The notes under the pieces: model-generated | The model's database searches: none | Seen by the model: the letters and a program-made list of their open reading frames with translations, nothing else | Told to the model about the DNA's origin: nothing | Translations under genes and position numbers: made by a program | Part shown: one piece after another, positions 59,548 through 64,000 of the stretch | How positions within the stretch are numbered: position 1 is the stretch's first letter | How the letters are laid out: each line of letters opens with the position of its first letter | Virus record (IMG/VR): IMGVR_UViG_3300032038_000017 | DNA: 64,000 nt | Reading direction: 5' to 3' (one strand) | Source: an uncultured virus (IMG/VR IMGVR_UViG_3300032038_000017) | Taxonomy: Duplodnaviria > Heunggongvirae > Uroviricota > Caudoviricetes

Positions 59548-60552
59548 ATGGCAAGAGAGAACGTAGATAGTCTAATTGACGAATTAGACGATTTCGCAGC
59601 AGACATCTCAAGCATTGCTAACGATAATAAAGCAGTTACATTTATTATTGGTCTTGAACAACTTGCAAATGACAGTGCATCTTTCGGTGGTAAAATCGCA
59701 CAGATTTGTCCGGCAAAGATTAGGGAGCAGAAGGCGGCTCTTGAAAACGCACTTAAACAGTTTGCAGAGTCTTGTAAGGGTGTAGCAAACAACCTTACTG
59801 GTCTTAAAGAAATGCTTGAAAACATGCCACTTAAAGAGTTGCGTGGTACAAACCTTAATTCCGCAACTGCAAAAGCACAAGTTGAAAAATCAATCGGTAT
59901 TGACAATAATGGCGTAGAAGCACAGACACCAGTAATGGCACCAGACGCACCGGCTAATGTAAGTGCTTCAACCGGTCCAAAGTCTGCTATGCTTCAAGCT
60001 AATGAGTCTTCTGTCTGGAGCAACCTTAAAGGTCAGTTCCGTTTCACAGAAAGTTTAAAGTCTGGATTCGACTGGGGTTCCATTTCTGAAAACGTAGACG
60101 CACTTAATATCGACGTAAGTGCTACAACAGAAGGACCAAAGCAGACACTCTTTGAATCTATCATTTCAAGTGGTCTTCCAAAGTCAGCAGGTGACCTTAA
60201 TTCTAAGCCGGACCCACGTGATTCTTATGACTACAATTCTGAATATGCAGACGTTCTTCCTGGCGAAGTTCCACACTTTGCAGAAGCACAAGCACCAGTT
60301 GTACAGAAATCAACGGTTCAGCACATGACAGAAAGCGTTGCAGAGCCAGTAAGCTCTAAACCCGGAGACATAAACACACAAGCACACAGTCTTTTTGAAA
60401 ACTCTGAATCGGTAAGCTCTATGGCTTCACTTTCAGAAACTATTAAAGCTTTTGGAAACAGTAAAGACTTCGACTTCGAAAACTTGGATTTGGAATTAGA
60501 AAACACAGATAGAATTTCAGACATGAGTCTGGAAGGACACCTTGTGGAATAA
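59548..60552 (+). CDS. hypothetical late protein (possible head-internal/scaffold protein)
   Basis: 334 aa; AGGAG SD; ACTAATTA upstream; many X-X-E-S/N sites (ANES, FTES, LFES, MTES, LFEN). Confidence 0.75.
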   Translation: MARENVDSLIDELDDFAADISSIANDNKAVTFIIGLEQLANDSASFGGKIAQICPAKIREQKAALENALKQFAESCKGVANNLTGLKEMLENMPLKELRGTNLNSATAKAQVEKSIGIDNNGVEAQTPVMAPDAPANVSASTGPKSAMLQANESSVWSNLKGQFRFTESLKSGFDWGSISENVDALNIDVSATTEGPKQTLFESIISSGLPKSAGDLNSKPDPRDSYDYNSEYADVLPGEVPHFAEAQAPVVQKSTVQHMTESVAEPVSSKPGDINTQAHSLFENSESVSSMASLSETIKAFGNSKDFDFENLDLELENTDRISDMSLEGHLVE

Positions 60553-60605
60553 ATGCTTTCCCCTTATTTAAAAACAATTTAACAATCTGTTCATTTAAAA
60601 ACAAC

Positions 60606-60634
60606 AAAGCCTGGACAAGTATCCAGGCTTTTTT
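60606..60634. terminator. bidirectional terminator
   Basis: AAAGCCTGGA-CAAGTA-TCCAGGCTTT. Confidence 0.8.
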
Positions 60635-60638
60635 AATT

Positions 60639-61145
60639 TGTAGGATTCGCACCTACCGTTCAAGTATAATGTGCGACTGCGTTCCCTTTCACACTTAGGT
60701 TCTCGCATACTTGAACGCCATAAAGACGTTACTCTAAATGGTTTTTCCGAACCTCTTCTTTCCTGCTAATCTACTTATACAATAAACAATAGGTGCCCCA
60801 ATTAGCGTTTAATGTATAAGACGCAGTTTTTCATGTGTTAATTCACAAGTCACCCAAATGGAAAGTAGGTCATTTGAAGCCCAAGAAACATGTCTTGAAC
60901 CAAACTCATTAGCCTTTTTACGCCTATTCGTAAGGATATAAAGGGCAACAAATCCAAACGCTTTATAAAGTAAGCTTTTCGCAAAGCCTACAATGGGCTG
61001 GTAGCGATTAAGCTACCCCAGTTCACACGTGCTCGCTGCAACGGCTTGGCTACCGTAATCTCGTATGGAATTAGCATACTCTGAAACTAAACGCACTCCT
61101 GGCTTAAACTCCAGCTTTTCACATAAGGTAGTGGAGCCACCTTAT
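60639..61145 (-). ncRNA. putative ~505-nt large ornate ncRNA (GOLLD/ROOL-like class)
   Basis: ORF-free; TTAATAT at 61151-61157; more than ten helices with minus-strand G-U pairs, several pseudoknots, terminal T-loop-like hairpin GUAGG-UGCGAAU-CCUAC, then a terminator. Confidence 0.75.
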
Positions 61146-61153
61146 AATTTATA

Positions 61154-61501
61154 TTAACTGCTAAATGACTCATAAAAGTCTATTGAACGTTTTATGTCGT
61201 TCATAAAAAGTCGAAGCTTTACGAGGTAGTCTTCTACTGAGATTTCTTCAACTTTGTAATTGTTCTTGTCATTAAGCTCTTGACCCATTAACCAGACTTC
61301 TGGATAATACCTAAAGGTGTTGTTCTTTGGGTTATAGTCAACTACTTTATAGCAATACAAGTTGCCCAAGTTTTTATAATCCTTAGAATCAAGTGCACCC
61401 TTTTCAACCTTGAAATAAGTTTCCCAAGGTTCAAACAAGTCTGGTTGCAAGTCTGGCTTGTAAGCCATCTTATAGAACTTTCCTTCTTCAAGGTTAACCA
61501 T
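61154..61501 (-). CDS. hypothetical protein
   Basis: GGAGG SD; small-gene operon. Confidence 0.7.
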   Translation of the reverse strand: MVNLEEGKFYKMAYKPDLQPDLFEPWETYFKVEKGALDSKDYKNLGNLYCYKVVDYNPKNNTFRYYPEVWLMGQELNDKNNYKVEEISVEDYLVKLRLFMNDIKRSIDFYESFSS

Positions 61502-61511
61502 ACTTTACCTC

Positions 61512-61871
61512 CTATCGCCAGAACCCTAAGAACTCTATCGGAGCCGTAGTTTCTACTGCGACTTCTTCAAGAGCTACGTGTTTAAGAATTGGAATCCAAG
61601 TAGATACATTTCCTTTTACAACCGAAATAGAATTACTCCCACGTGAAGAGTATACATTGTACCCATAAACATTAAGAACTTGATACTCTTTAATATCGTC
61701 TGGCGTATAATACACACAATACTTTATAGTTCCGGGTTGCTTGCCAGTTACACAGTCTTGTTTCTTGAAGAATAAGTCCAACCCAAACACAATCCCTGCT
61801 ACAAGCACTATTGGAATAATAACATCCTTTAGACAGTCTAAAATCTTTTCTTTTCTACTTTTATAATACAC
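61512..61871 (-). CDS. single-TM hypothetical protein
   Basis: N-terminal TM VIIPIVLVAGIVFGL; GTG start. Confidence 0.65.
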   Translation of the reverse strand: MYYKSRKEKILDCLKDVIIPIVLVAGIVFGLDLFFKKQDCVTGKQPGTIKYCVYYTPDDIKEYQVLNVYGYNVYSSRGSNSISVVKGNVSTWIPILKHVALEEVAVETTAPIEFLGFWR

Positions 61872-61882
61872 TGTAAACCACC

Positions 61883-62290
61883 TTACGCAATCTTGTACAA
61901 GTTCCAGTTTATTCTCATGTTCTTTACAAAGTAATCCCAGTTCTTTTGTCCAGCTAATCTTATGAATGCTTCCTTAGAATGGACTACTTCATAAAGGGGT
62001 TTATCGTCCCTACCAAGAAATACCAATACTGGATAGACATATGAATAGCCATCGTCGTTTTCCTTACGGAACGCTAAAACGTATAGAAGGTCATTCCAAC
62101 CTTTCATGTATACGTCTGTTACAGACAGTGCCCCGAAAGAATAAGGTAAGTCGTCAAACAATACCCTAAATCCGTCATTACTTGACCAAAGTTGAAGGCG
62201 TTTACAGTTTACGGTTACTTCCTGTTCAAGATACCATTTGATTAGCTTGCGTCTTTTTCTACCCCTAATAAGCTTGTTTAAGATACTCAT
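61883..62290 (-). CDS. hypothetical protein
   Basis: AGGAG SD; same operon. Confidence 0.7.
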   Translation of the reverse strand: MSILNKLIRGRKRRKLIKWYLEQEVTVNCKRLQLWSSNDGFRVLFDDLPYSFGALSVTDVYMKGWNDLLYVLAFRKENDDGYSYVYPVLVFLGRDDKPLYEVVHSKEAFIRLAGQKNWDYFVKNMRINWNLYKIA

Positions 62291-62292
62291 AC

Positions 62293-62703
62293 CTAGCTCC
62301 TTGTGTCCATAAACGATTGTATAGAGTTGATTGTTTCCTTAGTCTTTTCTTCCTTTGTTATATCTGAAAGCAACTCGTTTAATGACTTCTTATAAAATGT
62401 CAAAGTCATAAGAGTTGTGTCTACACCGTCTATTTTAGCCTTGATTAGCCCGCCACGAACTTTATTACCAATGTTGTCCTTAGTCTTGTGAAGATGAAAG
62501 TAATCTAATGCAGCACTTATCCAACCCAATGCCTCTACTTCATAAAAAAGTTTTTTACTGGCTTCCGGAGACACTACCGTTACCTTACCAGACGCTTTAA
62601 TCTTATTAGCCAAAGTATTTATAGACTCTTCCGAGCCTAGTTCCAGTAATGTAGATAAACCAGTATTTTCGTCTTTATCAGTTACAAGGTAGTATTTTTC
62701 CAT
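62293..62703 (-). CDS. hypothetical protein
   Basis: TTAATAT 7 nt before ATG. Confidence 0.7.
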   Translation of the reverse strand: MEKYYLVTDKDENTGLSTLLELGSEESINTLANKIKASGKVTVVSPEASKKLFYEVEALGWISAALDYFHLHKTKDNIGNKVRGGLIKAKIDGVDTTLMTLTFYKKSLNELLSDITKEEKTKETINSIQSFMDTRS

Positions 62704-62755
62704 ACAATGTATATTAATTCTACACGATATTTACCTTTTAGTAATAATCACACTA

Positions 62756-63016
62756 CTATGCTAGAAAGAGCCGGATAGTCTTATTCAATTCTTGGGTAGA
62801 CCATGAATCCTTTGAGGCTATTACCATTTTCATCTTTTCGAATGCGTCTACTGCACCCTGGATGTAACCATCCTCTGCCCCGGAAACTTCTCCGTCATTA
62901 TAGGCACGGTCAGCTTCAAGTTGTGTGTCATTGTCGTATACACCAAGTGTTTGTTTTTCTTCGACTTCTTCTGCATAATGTCTTGCAGCTTCACAGATTA
63001 TGCTATGTTGACTCAT
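62756..63016 (-). CDS. hypothetical protein
   Basis: AGGAG SD; ATGA overlap with the upstream gene. Confidence 0.7.
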   Translation of the reverse strand: MSQHSIICEAARHYAEEVEEKQTLGVYDNDTQLEADRAYNDGEVSGAEDGYIQGAVDAFEKMKMVIASKDSWSTQELNKTIRLFLA

Positions 63017-63408
63017 ACTTTCTCCTTTCCATAAATACGTTTCAAGATGGTTATTACGTCGTTCATTTTGTAAACAGACGAAGAATTGAACTTTGATTCT
63101 ATGTCGCAGTAATTTGACAACCCTGTGCGTAGCTTTCGTGAGAACAACTGCTGCTCCCTATTATTCTTCCATCTAAAGTATACACGGTAGTTATCCGTCT
63201 TAGGGTAAGCACCTTTTCCTTGTTGTTCCCACGCTCTTAATGCGTTGTTAAAATTAACCTTACCAATGTTTTGAAGTTCATACCATTCACAGACAGCCTC
63301 CCAGTCTAATTCTGGGTTAACAACAAAGGTGCCGAATCGGTTATCTTCTATTTCAAAGTTGTCCTTTTTGCACACCATAACCGTAGCTTCAAGATAGCTT
63401 GGTTTCAT
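63013..63408 (-). CDS. hypothetical protein
   Basis: GGGGAG SD; ATGA overlap. Confidence 0.7.
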   Translation of the reverse strand: MKPSYLEATVMVCKKDNFEIEDNRFGTFVVNPELDWEAVCEWYELQNIGKVNFNNALRAWEQQGKGAYPKTDNYRVYFRWKNNREQQLFSRKLRTGLSNYCDIESKFNSSSVYKMNDVITILKRIYGKEKV

Positions 63409-63728
63409 ATAGTACTCCCCTTGCAGAATACTCTGGCAAGTCTTCCGGCGTTTACCTTGTCCAGTTTAACACAAATGTAATCTTCAAAGCCTTCAGGTGA
63501 ATCCGAACTGTATGAATGTTCTACATAGCTATATACAATGTTGTTATTTTTGATGTAGTTGAATACGTTTCTGTTCTGTTCCCGTGTCTTAAAATACATA
63601 CGTGCAACCACGTCGTAATCCTTGTCCATAGTCAAGGTCAATGAACCCAGTAAATTACTCTTCAGATAAACGCCGTCGTCCTTTAACGAATTACGTATCT
63701 TTTCCAATACCTTAAATACGTCTGACAT
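63405..63728 (-). CDS. hypothetical protein
   Basis: 107-aa ORF behind a class A-like promoter (63733-63764). Confidence 0.7.
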   Translation of the reverse strand: MSDVFKVLEKIRNSLKDDGVYLKSNLLGSLTLTMDKDYDVVARMYFKTREQNRNVFNYIKNNNIVYSYVEHSYSSDSPEGFEDYICVKLDKVNAGRLARVFCKGSTI

Positions 63729-63768
63729 AATCCTTATAACCCCTCATATGAATTACCCTGTAAACCAT

Positions 63769-63975
63769 TTACAACGGTTGCCAATGCTTTGTTTCTTCTG
63801 CCGTAGCCGTAAGGCTAAAGTCTTCGACATTTATAGTATCAATGTCGGTAATGTACTTTACAAGCCGTGAATACGGAATTATACCGTCAAAGCCCCACTG
63901 CTTTGCATAGTCCATGTTGTAAGTCTTCTCGGTAAATACCATAGCACCACAGTTCAGGAAATGAATACGTGCCAT
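63769..63975 (-). CDS. hypothetical protein (may extend beyond the window)
   Basis: 68-aa ORF at the window edge. Confidence 0.45.
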   Translation of the reverse strand: MARIHFLNCGAMVFTEKTYNMDYAKQWGFDGIIPYSRLVKYITDIDTINVEDFSLTATAEETKHWQPL

Positions 63976-64000
63976 CCTTGAACCACCACAAGGTTTGTAT

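Noticed and set aside
60640..60717. tRNA gene suggested by the T-arm-like hairpin
   Set aside because: No acceptor stem, D-arm or anticodon arm can be built; interpreted as the 3' end of the large ncRNA.
202..63096. Many short antisense ORFs in the track (e.g. 202-621, 11246-11620, 47511-48047, 48574-49056, 59499-59906)
   Set aside because: Shadows of better-supported genes on the opposite strand, with no SD, promoter or recognisable motifs.
1..64000. Bacterial chromosome or integrated prophage interpretation (dnaK, metK, flaB present)
   Set aside because: The host-like genes are scattered among terminase, tail and baseplate genes, share phage promoter motifs, and lack their normal operon neighbours; no integrase or att site is seen.
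1..64000. Alternative genetic code (stop-codon reassignment)
   Set aside because: Long conserved genes are uninterrupted in the standard code, and TAA, TAG and TGA all end genes at sensible positions.
1..64000. CRISPR array, IS element or diversity-generating retroelement
   Set aside because: No regularly spaced repeats, transposase, reverse transcriptase or template/variable repeat pair seen by eye; differences between the two 140-bp copies are not adenine-specific and both copies are non-coding.

Overview
This window is a segment of a large lytic, T4-like contractile-tailed (jumbo-type) phage genome: AT-rich, gene-dense and in the standard genetic code. The inferred host is a spirochete, most likely Treponema. 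Phage core genes include a large terminase, a tail tube protein with three adjacent tube-fold paralogs, gp25- and gp6-like baseplate wedges, a 4442-aa baseplate/fibre protein, an AEP-type primase, a RecU-like resolvase, dCMP deaminase and a C39-like peptidase. The host-like cargo is unusually rich: hsp20-dnaK-dnaJ, a divergent metK, a small (p)ppGpp hydrolase, a STAS anti-anti-sigma factor, and a spirochete periplasmic-flagellum pair. That pair is a FlaB flagellin with a CsrA-type leader plus a divergent FlaA sheath protein. Non-coding highlights are two large structured RNAs, each with its own promoter motif and terminator (about 350 nt at 6604-6950 with group-I-like core topology, and about 505 nt at 60639-61145, rich in pseudoknots). 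There is also a ~140-bp A-tract element duplicated 38 kb apart, and three recurring promoter motifs, two of which often sit directly before start codons (leaderless mRNAs). Two adenine methyltransferase genes begin directly at the NPPY motif, suggesting split enzymes. All calls come from reading motifs by eye; no searches were run.
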